Source: an uncultured Actinomycetota bacterium (GTDB lineage: Bacteria > Actinomycetota > Actinomycetes > JAHEKZ01). Taken from it: a stretch of 64,000 nucleotides of DNA. Location: positions 672,001 through 736,000 of the forward strand of contig CAVURN010000002.1 of the NCBI GenBank assembly GCA_963743915.1. Reading direction: 5' to 3'. The translations under genes and the position numbers were made by a program. This document shows, one piece after another, positions 27,515 to 37,701 of this stretch (position 1 is its first letter; each line of letters opens with the position of its first letter). Below the pieces are notes generated by a model. The model ran no database searches, was not told the DNA's origin, and saw nothing but the letters and a program-made list of their open reading frames with translations.

Positions 27515-28597
27515 ATGGACTGGCAGATCATGGTGGACGACATCCTCAAGACCTATGCCCCGATGGTGGACACCACGCTGTGGTGGCCGCCGCCGGCAGC
27601 GCAGGATGCCCCTCGGCACCTCCCCCCGGCGAGCAGCCTTCATCTCCGCGCTCTCGACACCCGTGATCCGGGCGCCCTGAAGGGCGTCTTCGACGAGTAC
27701 TGGCCCGCCTATCGTCGATGGTTCGAACGCCCAGAGCCCCGCCCCCGGGCGTCGCTGGCTCAGAGCCGCCGTGCGCTGGCCGAGCACATGCCCGAGCTGC
27801 TCCCCGTGTGGGAGGACCTGGTGCAGGAGCTCGATCCCACGGACGACGTCGCCGCTCGGTTCCTGTCCGAGTGGGATCCGCCGCCCTTGACGAGCAACTG
27901 CTCTCAGGCCGTCCTGCGGGACGGCCGTCTCGTGCGCAACTACGACTACGACCCTGCCCTCTTCGACGCGGTCGTGCTCCGCTCGCACTGGCTTCGTCCG
28001 GTGATCGGGACTGCCGACCAGGTGTGGGGGCTGCTCGACGGCATGAACGACGCAGGGTTGATCGTCTCGTTCACCTTCGGGGGACGTCCCGACGTGGGAG
28101 TCGGATTCGGCATTCCACTGGTGGTCCGTTACGTCCTGGAGACCTGCACCACGACCCGACAGGCCACTGACGTGCTGCGGCGGATTCCGATTCACGTGGC
28201 ATACAACGTGACGGTCACCGATGCCTCCGGCGACAGTGCCACCGTGTTCGTAGGACCGTCCCGCCCGGTACGGGTGACGTCCCACCGGGCGACGACCAAC
28301 CACCAGGAGCAGGTCGACTGGCCCGAGCACGCCACCCGTTTCCTCAGTGTGGAACGCCTGGATGAGCTCGAGCGAGCCGTCGAGAGCGGCGACGACGTGG
28401 TGGACGTCATGCTCCGTCCGCCCATGCGTGCTGACCGCTTCGCCGACGGTTTCGTCACCCTGTTCACGGCCGAGTACGACCGGCGCGTCCTGGAGGTGAC
28501 GTACCACTGGCCCGGCCAGCGCTGGACCCAGCCCTTGGAAGGACCACTTGATCGCACGATCTCGGTGGACCTGGCCGCGGTTCCGGTCGCGGCCTGA
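27515..28597 (+). CDS. C45 family (Ntn-hydrolase/acyltransferase) peptidase
   Basis: HMPEL, autoproteolytic CSQ, RNYD, LDGMNDAGL, TNH; start uncertain. Confidence 0.82.
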   Translation: MDWQIMVDDILKTYAPMVDTTLWWPPPAAQDAPRHLPPASSLHLRALDTRDPGALKGVFDEYWPAYRRWFERPEPRPRASLAQSRRALAEHMPELLPVWEDLVQELDPTDDVAARFLSEWDPPPLTSNCSQAVLRDGRLVRNYDYDPALFDAVVLRSHWLRPVIGTADQVWGLLDGMNDAGLIVSFTFGGRPDVGVGFGIPLVVRYVLETCTTTRQATDVLRRIPIHVAYNVTVTDASGDSATVFVGPSRPVRVTSHRATTNHQEQVDWPEHATRFLSVERLDELERAVESGDDVVDVMLRPPMRADRFADGFVTLFTAEYDRRVLEVTYHWPGQRWTQPLEGPLDRTISVDLAAVPVAA

Positions 28598-28607
28598 GCA
28601 GGACGTG

Positions 28608-28949
28608 TCAGCGTCCGGTTCGCATCCGCCACGCGTCCGTCACCAGCTCGCGCAGCCTCGCGACGCTCACCTGATCGAGACGGAGCAGGACCAGTGGCCA
28701 TCCGTCGTACTCCGGCGTGCTGAAGAAGACGTCCGGCTCACCGAGAACCAGCGCCTGCTTCTCCGCCTCGTCGCCGACGTAGACGACGGCGATGTCACTG
28801 CGGATGATCCGCGGCTTGCCTGGTCGACGCTCGGGATACGACCACACGAACCCCTTGCCGAGCACACGGAAGTCGAACCCGTCGCTGTCGATCTCCACGA
28901 CGTCCTCCAGGGCCAGAGCGAGCCGCCGGACGTCGTCCGCGTCAGCCAT
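28608..28949 (-). CDS. MmcQ/YjbR family protein
   Basis: FRVLGKGF, YDGWPLVLLRL, ELVTDAW. Confidence 0.82.
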   Translation of the reverse strand: MADADDVRRLALALEDVVEIDSDGFDFRVLGKGFVWSYPERRPGKPRIIRSDIAVVYVGDEAEKQALVLGEPDVFFSTPEYDGWPLVLLRLDQVSVARLRELVTDAWRMRTGR

Positions 28950-29111
28950 GGCACTTGCTCGGTCGTCTGTGGGTCACGTCGCCCAGGCTATTCAGCCGCA
29001 GCACCCAAGGGAGCCAGTCGGCCGTGACTTCGTGAACAACCGATTGCGGGTTCAGCTCACCGAATAGGCTCCGGCTATCGACCCCTGCGAGATAGGGCAG
29101 GTCAGCGCCCC

Positions 29112-31692
29112 GTGACAACGCCACCGGAGATCCACATCCGGACGCCTGACCAGCGTCTGCGTGTCTTCGTGTCCTCCGCCTTGGGTGAGCTCGCCGACGA
29201 ACGGCTCGCCGTGCGACGCGCCATCGAGGCGCTCCGGCTCACGCCCTGTCATGTTCGAGATGGGAGCTCGGCCGTACCCGCCAAGGGCCCTGTATCGCGC
29301 GTATCTCGAGCAGAGCCACGTCTTCCTAGGCATCTACTGGCAGTCGTACGGCTGGGTGGCTCCGGATGAAGAGGTCTCCGGACTCGAGGACGAGTACCGG
29401 CTCTCGGGCGAGCACCCGAGGTTGGTGTACATCCGGCGACCCGCCGCAGAACGGCAGGAGCGCCTCGATCTCCTGCTTCGGCTCATCGAGGCCGACGACC
29501 AGGCGTCCTACCGCCAGTTCTCCAGCTCCGACGAGCTCGAGCGGCTGGTCCAGGACGACCTGATGGTGCTGTTGACCGAGCGCTTCGAGGCGGTCAAGTC
29601 ACCCTCACCTGCCCCGCAGCGGACCGTGACTGAGCCGCCGGTCCCATTGACCCCGATCCTCGGTAGAGACACCGAGGTCGACGAGATCCGACGTCTCCTC
29701 GGGGACGGATGTCGCGTGCTCACGCTCCTGGGCCCCGGCGGTGTCGGCAAGAGCCGGCTGGCACTCGAAGCGTGTCGGCCGCCGAGTCTGACGACGTTCG
29801 ACTCCGTCGCGTTCGTCTCACTGGAGACAGTTGACGATCCGTCAGACGTCATTCGGGTGGTGGCACGGAGCATCGGCGCCACGATCGAGGGCGCTCAAAG
29901 CCCACTGGATGCCGTGATCCAGTCACTGGCGGGTCAGCGAATGCTGTTGCTCGTGGACAACTTCGAGCAGGTTGTGGAGGCCAGCGCTGAACTGACCAGC
30001 CTGCTCGAAGCCTGCCCTGGGGTGAGTGCGGTCGTGACGAGCCGCAGACCGTTGAGGGTGCGAGGGGAGCACCAGTTCATGGTCCAGCCCCTGGCCCTTC
30101 CTCATCTGCCATCCGCCACGACAATCCCCGAACCCGACCCCAGAGCAGCGTCAGAATCGCCGGCAGTCGCCCTCTTCGTCGAACGCGCGCAGCGGGTGAG
30201 CCCAGGTTTTCTACTGGAGGAAGGCAACGTAGGAACGGTGGCCGCTCTGGTGCATCGACTGGACGGGCTCCCCCTCGCCATCGAGCTCGCCGCTGCCAGG
30301 GTGAAGATGCTCGAACCCCGCCAGATGCTTGAGCGTCTCGAGCGTGGCATCGAGGTGTCCATGACGGCTGGCACTGATGTGCCCGAAAGACAGCGCACCC
30401 TGCGGGCGACGCTCGAGTGGAGCTGTGCTCTGCTGACTCCCGCACAGCAGACTCTGCTGGCACGACTGAGCGTCTTCGCAGACGGAGCGACGCTCGAGGC
30501 CATCGAGTCCGTCTGTTCGGGCGTCCCAGTGGTGGACGTGCTGGACGACCTGTCGGCGCTCCTGGACAACGGGCTCCTACGTGCCGACCGGGAACGTATC
30601 GACGGTCAGCCACGGTTCACGTTGCTGTTGACTGTCCGGGAGTTCGCCGCCGACCAGCTCTCGAGCAGCGGCGAAGCAGCAGCGGTGACCACGCGCTTCC
30701 TCGACTGGGCGCTGCAGACCGCCACCCTGGGCGATCCTGTCGTGTATCGCGATGCACCCGGTCGCTGGCCGGAGCTTCTGGTGGAGGCGCGCAACCTGCA
30801 GAAGGCAGCTCGCCTGCTGTTGGAGACCGGTGACTGGCGAGGTTTCACCGTGCTGGCGTGGGGAACCTTCCACTGGATCTACCGCTTCGGGGACATGAGG
30901 GTCTTTGCGAGTTGGGCAGAGCAGGCCCTGGCCCAGGCCGGCGATCCTCAGAGCGACGGTGACCGAGCCGCGGCGGCACGCTTGCGCTCGGGCGTGTCCT
31001 GGGCACGCTTCCTGCTCGGGGACGTCGCCGGCTCGCTGGCCGTCCAAGAGCCGCTTGACCTCGACGTGGTCGCCGCATCAGACCCCGCGTGTGCCGCACT
31101 GCTGCTGAACTCGCGTGCACTTGGTCTGCTCCAGGCGGACGGTGGGGCAGAGGCTCGCGATGCCGCCCTTCGATCACTCGCTCTGGCCGAGCTCTCGGGT
31201 TTCGACGCAGTGAGCGCCTACGTCCACTCGTTCCTGGCCAACCTGGAGCTGATCAGTGGCGACTTCACCTCCGCTGAGCAGCACTGCTTGCGGTGTGTGT
31301 CCATTGCGCATGACATCGGGTTACCAGCCCTAGCCGGGCAGCAGTACGGCGTTCTGGCGCTGGTCGAGATCGCGCAGGGCCGCCTCGCTGACGGACGGGC
31401 ACACCTCGCCACTGCCTTCGATGCTGCCCGGATCGAAGCGAGCCTGGTCGATGCCGCGGTACTCCTGGCGAACGTAGCCGTTCTGGCGGCAGTGGAAGGC
31501 AGGGAGAACGACGCAATCCGCCTTCGGCGGGTGGCGGACGCGACGATGGCTCGATTGGGGCTCGCCCACTGGCCCATGCTCGAAGACGCACGGCGGGCAG
31601 CGATGGGAGGAGAGATGCCCGAAGACGCGGGGACCGACGGTGCGGCTGACCCTCATCCTTGGGACGAGCTCGCGAGGGAATTGCGTCAGTGA
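29112..31692 (+). CDS. DUF4062 - STAND (NB-ARC/AfsR-like) ATPase - TPR-like protein (frameshift near 29245)
   Basis: RVFVSS…ELADER, then MFEMGARP…YWQSYG…GLEDEY (DUF4062); GPGGVGKS, LLLVDNFE, GLPLAIELAA; helical C-terminus. Confidence 0.85.
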
Positions 31693-31717
31693 CGTGGCCG
31701 GTGAGCAGGCACCGTGA

Positions 31718-33064
31718 CTACCAGTTGAAGCCGGGTGGCACCGGAGAGCACAGCTGCTGAGCCAGAGAGCGCAACTCCGCTCGTACGTCCTGGTATGACG
31801 GGTCATTGGTCACATTGGTCAGCTCGTTCGGGTCGACGACATAGTCGTACAGCTCAGATCCGGCGTCGTCGTCGTACTCGACGAACATGTAGCGCTGGGT
31901 ACGGACACCGCAGTAGGCAGGATGTCCGACATTCGCTGTGCTCGACTCCCGAGCCATCTGCTCGAGCAACGTCTCTGTCCGGTCACCGTCGAACACCGAG
32001 ATCCCGTCGCCAGGTAGCTGAGCACCAGCCGCATCCAGGATGGTCTGCGTGAGGTCGACGTTGGTGGTGACCCGCTGCGATACCCCCGGCGTGAGGTGCC
32101 CAGGCCACGAGATCGCCATCGGCACCCTGGCCGAGCGGTCGTACGGGACATCCTTGCCGTAGAAGCGGTGTGAGCCGTTCATGAGCCCGTTGTCGGACAG
32201 GTACACGAAGATGGTGTCCTCGCCCGCGAGGGTGTTCACAAGCCGCGCCACCATCTCGTCAATGGCCATCAACGCCTCGTGCTGGTTGGTCAGCAAGTTG
32301 CGCTGGGTGGACGCCGAGACCTTGGCCCGCTGCGCCCATGCGGGTTTGTCGGACACATCTGCTTCGTTGAACGCCGGCACTTCCGAGGCGGGAACCAGTG
32401 GCCAGGTTCCGTCGTGACGAGGTGCGGGAGTGGCGGGCTGGTGCGGCGCGTATGGCGCGATGTACGCGAACACCGGCTCATCGGACTGCACGAAGTTGAC
32501 GGCCAGATTCGCGATCACGTCGGTCGAGTAGTCGGCCGGGCTGCTGCCATACGTGACGGCGGGGCCGATCCCCTTCAGCGTGTAGTCGTAGTACTTCATC
32601 TTGGTGAAGGAACGGAACGCATCCCAACCGGGTGGCACGGTACGCCCGCCCCAACCGTTCAGGTACTTGCCGAACAGTCCCGTCCGGTACCCCATCGCGT
32701 TCAGGGCCGTGGCCAGCGTCTGGGTCTCATAGGGGCGGAATGCGGTCCAGCCACCGAAGACGCCAGAGACGTTCGTGTAGACGCCCGTCGTGTGCGCCAG
32801 CTTCCCCGACAGCAGTGCAGCGCGCGACGGACAGCAGAGTGACGTGGGGATGATGCCATTCCTGAACTCGACACCCTGGTCGAACAGCAGCCGTTGGGTC
32901 TGCGGCATCGCGTCCATCGTGCCTTGAGGTTGGTCGTCAGAGATGATGACCACCACGTTCGGTGGGGTGGCTTCCACCCCCTGAGCGCTGGAGGGTGCGA
33001 CCTGTGGTGACGCGAGAGCAGCAGCTGCGACGGCAGCGATACCGATGAGAACGCGTGTCTTCAT
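31718..33064 (-). CDS. Secreted sulfatase (formylglycine-dependent)
   Basis: Signal peptide; ISDDQ, CCPSR, GKYLN, APH, SDNG, ELYD…DPNEL. Confidence 0.92.
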   Translation of the reverse strand: MKTRVLIGIAAVAAAALASPQVAPSSAQGVEATPPNVVVIISDDQPQGTMDAMPQTQRLLFDQGVEFRNGIIPTSLCCPSRAALLSGKLAHTTGVYTNVSGVFGGWTAFRPYETQTLATALNAMGYRTGLFGKYLNGWGGRTVPPGWDAFRSFTKMKYYDYTLKGIGPAVTYGSSPADYSTDVIANLAVNFVQSDEPVFAYIAPYAPHQPATPAPRHDGTWPLVPASEVPAFNEADVSDKPAWAQRAKVSASTQRNLLTNQHEALMAIDEMVARLVNTLAGEDTIFVYLSDNGLMNGSHRFYGKDVPYDRSARVPMAISWPGHLTPGVSQRVTTNVDLTQTILDAAGAQLPGDGISVFDGDRTETLLEQMARESSTANVGHPAYCGVRTQRYMFVEYDDDAGSELYDYVVDPNELTNVTNDPSYQDVRAELRSLAQQLCSPVPPGFNW

Positions 33065-33388
33065 GTACTTCCCCCGCAATCACCCATGCGCAGAAGCCAT
33101 GAAAGTCGTCTTCCGCGGCAACGTTCCCCGAACTTGAGCGTCACGGTACCGCTGTTCGCGCCCGGTGGGTCAGAAATCATCAGCCCAATGACTCAGGGCG
33201 CCCAACTCCAGGTCGATCATCGTCGCCCGTCAGGTCATGGGCACTCGTCGAGAAGAGCAGCGTCGAGGTCGATGCGCGGTCGGCCAGGGGCCCCACGAGG
33301 AGGCCACCGCTCGGGCATCTGTGGCCGAGGAAGTGTCAAGGTATCCCAAACGTGCGCCGCCTACGCTCTTCAAGCACTCGGACCCTGA

Positions 33389-33610
33389 CTACCACGGGGG
33401 CCCCAATGTGACAGAGGATCGAACCGCGGGGTAACGCAGGCATCCGCCGAGCTGGTCGTCGACGAGTGACTGTGCCTCCTCGGTGATCGTGTAGCCCGCT
33501 GCCTCTGCGCCGCAGAACGGGACGGACCAGTCGACGGCGTGTGGGATTAGGTAGAGCCAGGCGAGGCGTCCGGGGCTGATGGGATCGATGCGCCACGTCT
33601 GCCTCGTCAT
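33389..33610 (-). CDS. Hypothetical protein
   Basis: 73-aa ORF with plausible composition; no recognised motif. Confidence 0.3.
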   Translation of the reverse strand: MTRQTWRIDPISPGRLAWLYLIPHAVDWSVPFCGAEAAGYTITEEAQSLVDDQLGGCLRYPAVRSSVTLGPPW

Positions 33611-33655
33611 GGATGGACCGTAGGGCAGTTCAAGGACAGAGTTGCTGCCCGTACG

Positions 33656-33907
33656 TTAGGTCGTTTCGAGCTGCATCGTCTCGAGAGCCTGTCGTATTGC
33701 TGGGGGTATGTGGACGCCCCCATCGAACTCTGGCGCCTCCATCGGGCTGATCGGTCCCCGCTTGAGCAGAGTCACGACATCGGACGGCAGATTGCGTTCG
33801 TCGAGATGATCCATCAGGAGCTGTCGCTCCTGCGCGGTCAACGATCGCAGCCAGTCCTCCGCAACGGGGAGGCTGGCGGCTAGCTCTTTGTCACGGCTGA
33901 TCGTCAT
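33656..33907 (-). CDS. Hypothetical protein
   Basis: GGAGGT RBS before the ATG at 33907; 83-aa helical ORF. Confidence 0.55.
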   Translation of the reverse strand: MTISRDKELAASLPVAEDWLRSLTAQERQLLMDHLDERNLPSDVVTLLKRGPISPMEAPEFDGGVHIPPAIRQALETMQLETT

Positions 33908-34250
33908 GTCGTACCTCCCGAGTGCGTCACCATCCGGGGCCCACAATCTGCGCAGAATTCTGAGCGAGACGCGGCCGTTTCCGCAAGCCGCTCCCGCCAG
34001 GAAACCGCTCAGTGATGACGGTGCCCGACCCCGGCCGTGTGGCCGCCCCCGTGCGGGCGGTGGTGGTGCTCATGAGTCGCTCGGGGTCAGTTGAATGTGG
34101 GTTCAGGTTGAGCGCGCGCCCCCCGGCCACGACGGGGTGCGATGACGCGGCACGTGCTCGGAGCCTCAGCCCAGCCGTCTCGAGGGGGTGAAGCGGGCCT
34201 CGGGGGCTCGGCACCCACGTTGGAGATCACAGGAGGCGCGACTAAGGCCG

Positions 34251-34565
34251 TTAGTCCCGAGCTGTAGCTGATTTGCTCTCTTCGCTTCCTTGCTCGTAGA
34301 GCCACTTGGTCAGCAGCACGACCAAGATCACGCCGTAGGTGTCAGCGACGAGTGAGACGTTGTACTCCCACGACCACCAGATCCAGAAGTCGAGCGGCCA
34401 CCCTGCGGCGAGGTCGCCATGAGTTTGCGACTCGCTGATCCAGACGCGGTGACCCGCCCAGACGGCGTGGATTGTTTGCAAGGTCAGGATCACCGCGAGC
34501 GCGATGGAGAGGCCGTGGCGGTAGAACCAGTTGTGGTCTTTGCGACCAGGAGGGAAGAGCGGCAT
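34251..34565 (-). CDS. DUF6766-like membrane protein
   Basis: HGLSIAL TM segment; C-terminal LTKWLYEQGSEESK. Confidence 0.65.
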   Translation of the reverse strand: MPLFPPGRKDHNWFYRHGLSIALAVILTLQTIHAVWAGHRVWISESQTHGDLAAGWPLDFWIWWSWEYNVSLVADTYGVILVVLLTKWLYEQGSEESKSATARD

Positions 34566-34607
34566 GTCTCTGGCCTCTCAGTGCGCGTGAACTTTCTGCT
34601 TGGGTAA

Positions 34608-34705
34608 GCGGCCCTGACCGCGATGGAGGTAACGACCAGGACCGCCCCGCGAGGCGGGGTTAGGGGAAACCACTGATGCCTCGCGGTACCGCGCCCCCTG
34701 AGGAA
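34608..34705 (-). ncRNA. 6C-like two-hairpin small RNA (candidate)
   Basis: Stem CCGCGAGGC/GCCTCGCGG capped by GGTT-TCCCCT-AACC, adjacent to a 13-bp stem with loop TTACCTCCATCG; own promoter. Confidence 0.55.
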
Positions 34706-34711
34706 GCGTTC

Positions 34712-34735
34712 TACCCGCAGGGACGTCGACCAAAC
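34712..34735 (-). promoter_or_regulatory. SigB/SigF-type promoter
   Basis: GTTT-N15-GGGTA on the minus strand, just upstream of the hairpin RNA. Confidence 0.65.
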
Positions 34736-35135
34736 ATGGAGGAGAACCGGCCGTGACGGGGGATGCACGGGCGAGGCAGCTCAACTCAACAAACGCCAGG
34801 GCGATGCCTGGCTGCTCCGTGGCGGTTTGCGAGTGGCGTGACTCACACGCACTCGGAATCCGAACTTCTACGTCGCGGTCGCAGTGCTCCGAAGGCACGC
34901 CAGGTATGCGCGGTTGCTGTAGGGGGCGCGCCACCGGTCGTCCATAGCCGCCCCACGAGTCCATCGGCACGCTGGCCCGAATTGTCGTGATGACCGTTTC
35001 AACGTGCCCGCCGTCGACGTGCTCGACGCACCAGCCCAGGCCTTGGGCTATATCTGTGTCAAGCACTGCTATTGGCCTTCCGTTGCCATTGTTGAGGCAA
35101 CGGGCCTTCGCTCAGGGCTCTGACTGCGGCTTTTG

Positions 35136-35212
35136 TGGCTCCCGCGACTGGACTCGAACCAGTAACCTGCCGGTTAACAGCCGGACGCTCTGCCGAATTG
35201 AGCTACGCGGGA
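35136..35212 (-). tRNA. tRNA-Asn (GTT)
   Basis: TCCCGCG acceptor, anticodon loop CTGTTAA, TTCGAGT, encoded CCA. Confidence 0.97.
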
Positions 35213-35269
35213 TGGTGCCGTGCGGCTCGGAGAGAATATCAGCCGGTCAGCGGCCGGCCCGAACCCGAC

Positions 35270-35767
35270 TCAGGCTTCCCCCACCTCGGCCCGCACCTCT
35301 GCCAGGGCGATCGCCGCCTCCCCTTGGGCGGTGGCATCCCCCGCCAGCGCCGCGTCCAGCTCGGACCGCCACAGCACCTCGCCGTTCTCCTGCCTTCGCC
35401 CCACGATTCGGACGCCGGCGTCACCCCGCAGCGGTACGAAGCGGTTGACCAGGACGCTCGCCGTGACACGGTCGCGCACCACCACAGGCAGCTCGCGCCC
35501 CTCCCCGACCGGGATCCGGAGGGTCGCCGACCCCAGCTCCGGAGTGAGCACCACGGTGAGCGTTCCCGAGTCGTAGGACGCCCGCTCCACCTGCTCCCAG
35601 GCAAGCCTCGCGTATTCGGGGGGTGTCCGCTGCAGGTGCAGAGCGGTCTCGGACGCGACGACGACGCGTCCGGAGCCGTCGTCGACCCAAGCCAGGATCT
35701 TCTCCCTGGGACGCAGTTCGAGTTGTCCCTTCACGGCAGGATCGAGCGGGGTCCTCCGCCACTTCAT
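35270..35767 (-). CDS. Hypothetical protein downstream of dnaG
   Basis: WEQVERASYD and VRDRVTASV pattern resembling an actinobacterial family. Confidence 0.75.
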   Translation of the reverse strand: MKWRRTPLDPAVKGQLELRPREKILAWVDDGSGRVVVASETALHLQRTPPEYARLAWEQVERASYDSGTLTVVLTPELGSATLRIPVGEGRELPVVVRDRVTASVLVNRFVPLRGDAGVRIVGRRQENGEVLWRSELDAALAGDATAQGEAAIALAEVRAEVGEA

Positions 35768-35779
35768 CTGATGCGCCGC

Positions 35780-37660
35780 TCAGTCCCCACCGAACGACTC
35801 CTCGCGAATCTGACGACGTTGCGCCTCGAGCTTCACGAGCTCCGCGAACACCTCGCCGTGCGCCTGTGGGTCCTCGGACTCCAGGCGTTGCATCCGCGAG
35901 CGCAGCTCGTCGATCTTCAGAGACAACACCCGCTCACGTGCGCGTCCGAGCTGTTCGCGCGCGTACCGGTCCAGAGCCGACTCCGCCACCTGGATCGGTT
36001 CCACCGCGAGCTCGTTGAGGATCGACCGCACCGAGTCGTCAGGAGCGGCGTCGGTGAGACGATGCATCCATGCGTCGTCGGCGGTCGCGACTCCCCCGGC
36101 CGTGGCGATGGTCGTGCGTACCTGCACGTAGGCGGGGTGACTGAACATCCCCGCTGGCAGCTCGTCGAACGACGCGTCCAGGCGTTCCGGGTACTGCACC
36201 GCGAGCTTCAGCAGTTCCCTGGGGCCGGCGAGGCCACGTTCGTGCGGGTCCGGACGCGGCACGGCCTGAACCTGACCCGCCTCGACAGGTGGCGCGGGGG
36301 TCGTGGCGCCGGACGCCGTCTGCCGCTGCTTCTGAGCACGGTGCGCCTGTCCCACCGCGTCGATGACGGGTTTGACCTCCATGCCCAGCCACCCGGCCAG
36401 TGAGCGCGCGTACTCGGGGCGCAGCGAGTGGTCGCGGATCTGTGCCACCACCGGGGCGGCAGCGCGCAGCGCAGCGACGCGTCCGGCGGGCTGGTTGAGG
36501 TCGTGCCCGGACAGCACGCTGCGGATCGCGAACTCGAAGAGCGGAACCGGGTTGTCCACGAGGTTCTTGACTGCCTCGTCCCCATGCTGCTGACGGAGCT
36601 CGCACGGGTCGAGGCCGTACGGCTCGACGGCGACAAACGTCTGAGCGACGAACCGCTGGTCGTCCTCGAACGCGCGCATCGCGGCCTTCTGCCCCGCGGC
36701 GTCGCCGTCGAAGGTGAACACGACCTGACCGCCGAAGGTGTCGTTGTCCATCAGCAGCCGGCGCAGCACCTTGATGTGGTCGGAGCCGAACGCCGTGCCG
36801 CAGGTCGCGACCGCCGTCTCCACGCCGGCCAGGTGACACGCCATCACGTCGGTGTACCCCTCGACGATCACGGCTCGCCGCTGCTGCGAGATCGCCCGCT
36901 TGGCGAGGTCGATGCCGTACAGGACCTGGCTCTTGCGGTAGATCGGCGTCTCTGGGGTGTTGAGGTACTTCGGTCCCTGGTCCTCGTCCAGCAGCTTGCG
37001 CGCCCCGAAGCCGATCACGTCACCGCTGATGTCGCGGATCGGCCAGACCAGGCGACCCCGGAAGCGGTCGATCAGGCCCCGCTGTCCTTCCTTCGACAGG
37101 CCACCGACGGTGAGCTCGCGGTCGGTGAACCCCTTCGTCCGCAAGTGGCGGGTGAGGGCGTCCCACGAGTTGGGGGCGAAGCCCACACCGAAGTGCGCGG
37201 CTGCTGCGGCGTCGAACCCGCGCTCGTCGAGAAAGCGTCGCCCGACGACCGCCTCGGGGCCACTCAGCTGCTCGGCGTAGAACGCGGCGGCCGCGCGGTG
37301 TGCCTCGAGCAGCCGCGTGCGCTCCCCCTGCGGACGCCGCGGGCCACCGCCGGTCTCCTCGTAGTGCAGCTCGACGCCGAACCGCGCCGCCAGCTTCTCG
37401 ACCGCCTCCTGGAACGTGAGGTGCTCGATGCGCTCGAGGAAGTCGATCACGTCGCCGCCGACCTGACAGCCGAAGCAGTGGTACAGCCCCTTGGCGGGCG
37501 TGACGTGGAAGCTCGGGCTGCGCTCCTCGTGGAAGGGACAGAGCCCCTTCAGGCTGCCGCCTCCGGCAGGCCGCAGGGTGACGTGGTCGCCGACCACCTC
37601 GGCGATCCCGGCCATGTCGCGCACCCGTGCGACGTCGTCGTTACGGATGCGCCCGGCCAT
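35780..37660 (-). CDS. dnaG: DNA primase
   Basis: CPFH zinc finger, KYLNTPET, VEGYTD, FDGD. Confidence 0.97.
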   Translation of the reverse strand: MAGRIRNDDVARVRDMAGIAEVVGDHVTLRPAGGGSLKGLCPFHEERSPSFHVTPAKGLYHCFGCQVGGDVIDFLERIEHLTFQEAVEKLAARFGVELHYEETGGGPRRPQGERTRLLEAHRAAAAFYAEQLSGPEAVVGRRFLDERGFDAAAAAHFGVGFAPNSWDALTRHLRTKGFTDRELTVGGLSKEGQRGLIDRFRGRLVWPIRDISGDVIGFGARKLLDEDQGPKYLNTPETPIYRKSQVLYGIDLAKRAISQQRRAVIVEGYTDVMACHLAGVETAVATCGTAFGSDHIKVLRRLLMDNDTFGGQVVFTFDGDAAGQKAAMRAFEDDQRFVAQTFVAVEPYGLDPCELRQQHGDEAVKNLVDNPVPLFEFAIRSVLSGHDLNQPAGRVAALRAAAPVVAQIRDHSLRPEYARSLAGWLGMEVKPVIDAVGQAHRAQKQRQTASGATTPAPPVEAGQVQAVPRPDPHERGLAGPRELLKLAVQYPERLDASFDELPAGMFSHPAYVQVRTTIATAGGVATADDAWMHRLTDAAPDDSVRSILNELAVEPIQVAESALDRYAREQLGRARERVLSLKIDELRSRMQRLESEDPQAHGEVFAELVKLEAQRRQIREESFGGD

Positions 37661-37701
37661 GCGGCGAGTCTAGGTGGCGACGCCGGACCGGTGAGCAGGC
37701 C

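Noticed and set aside
2892-35212. Prophage or ICE integrated at a tRNA
   Set aside because: No integrase, phage or conjugation genes and no duplicated tRNA 3' end seen.
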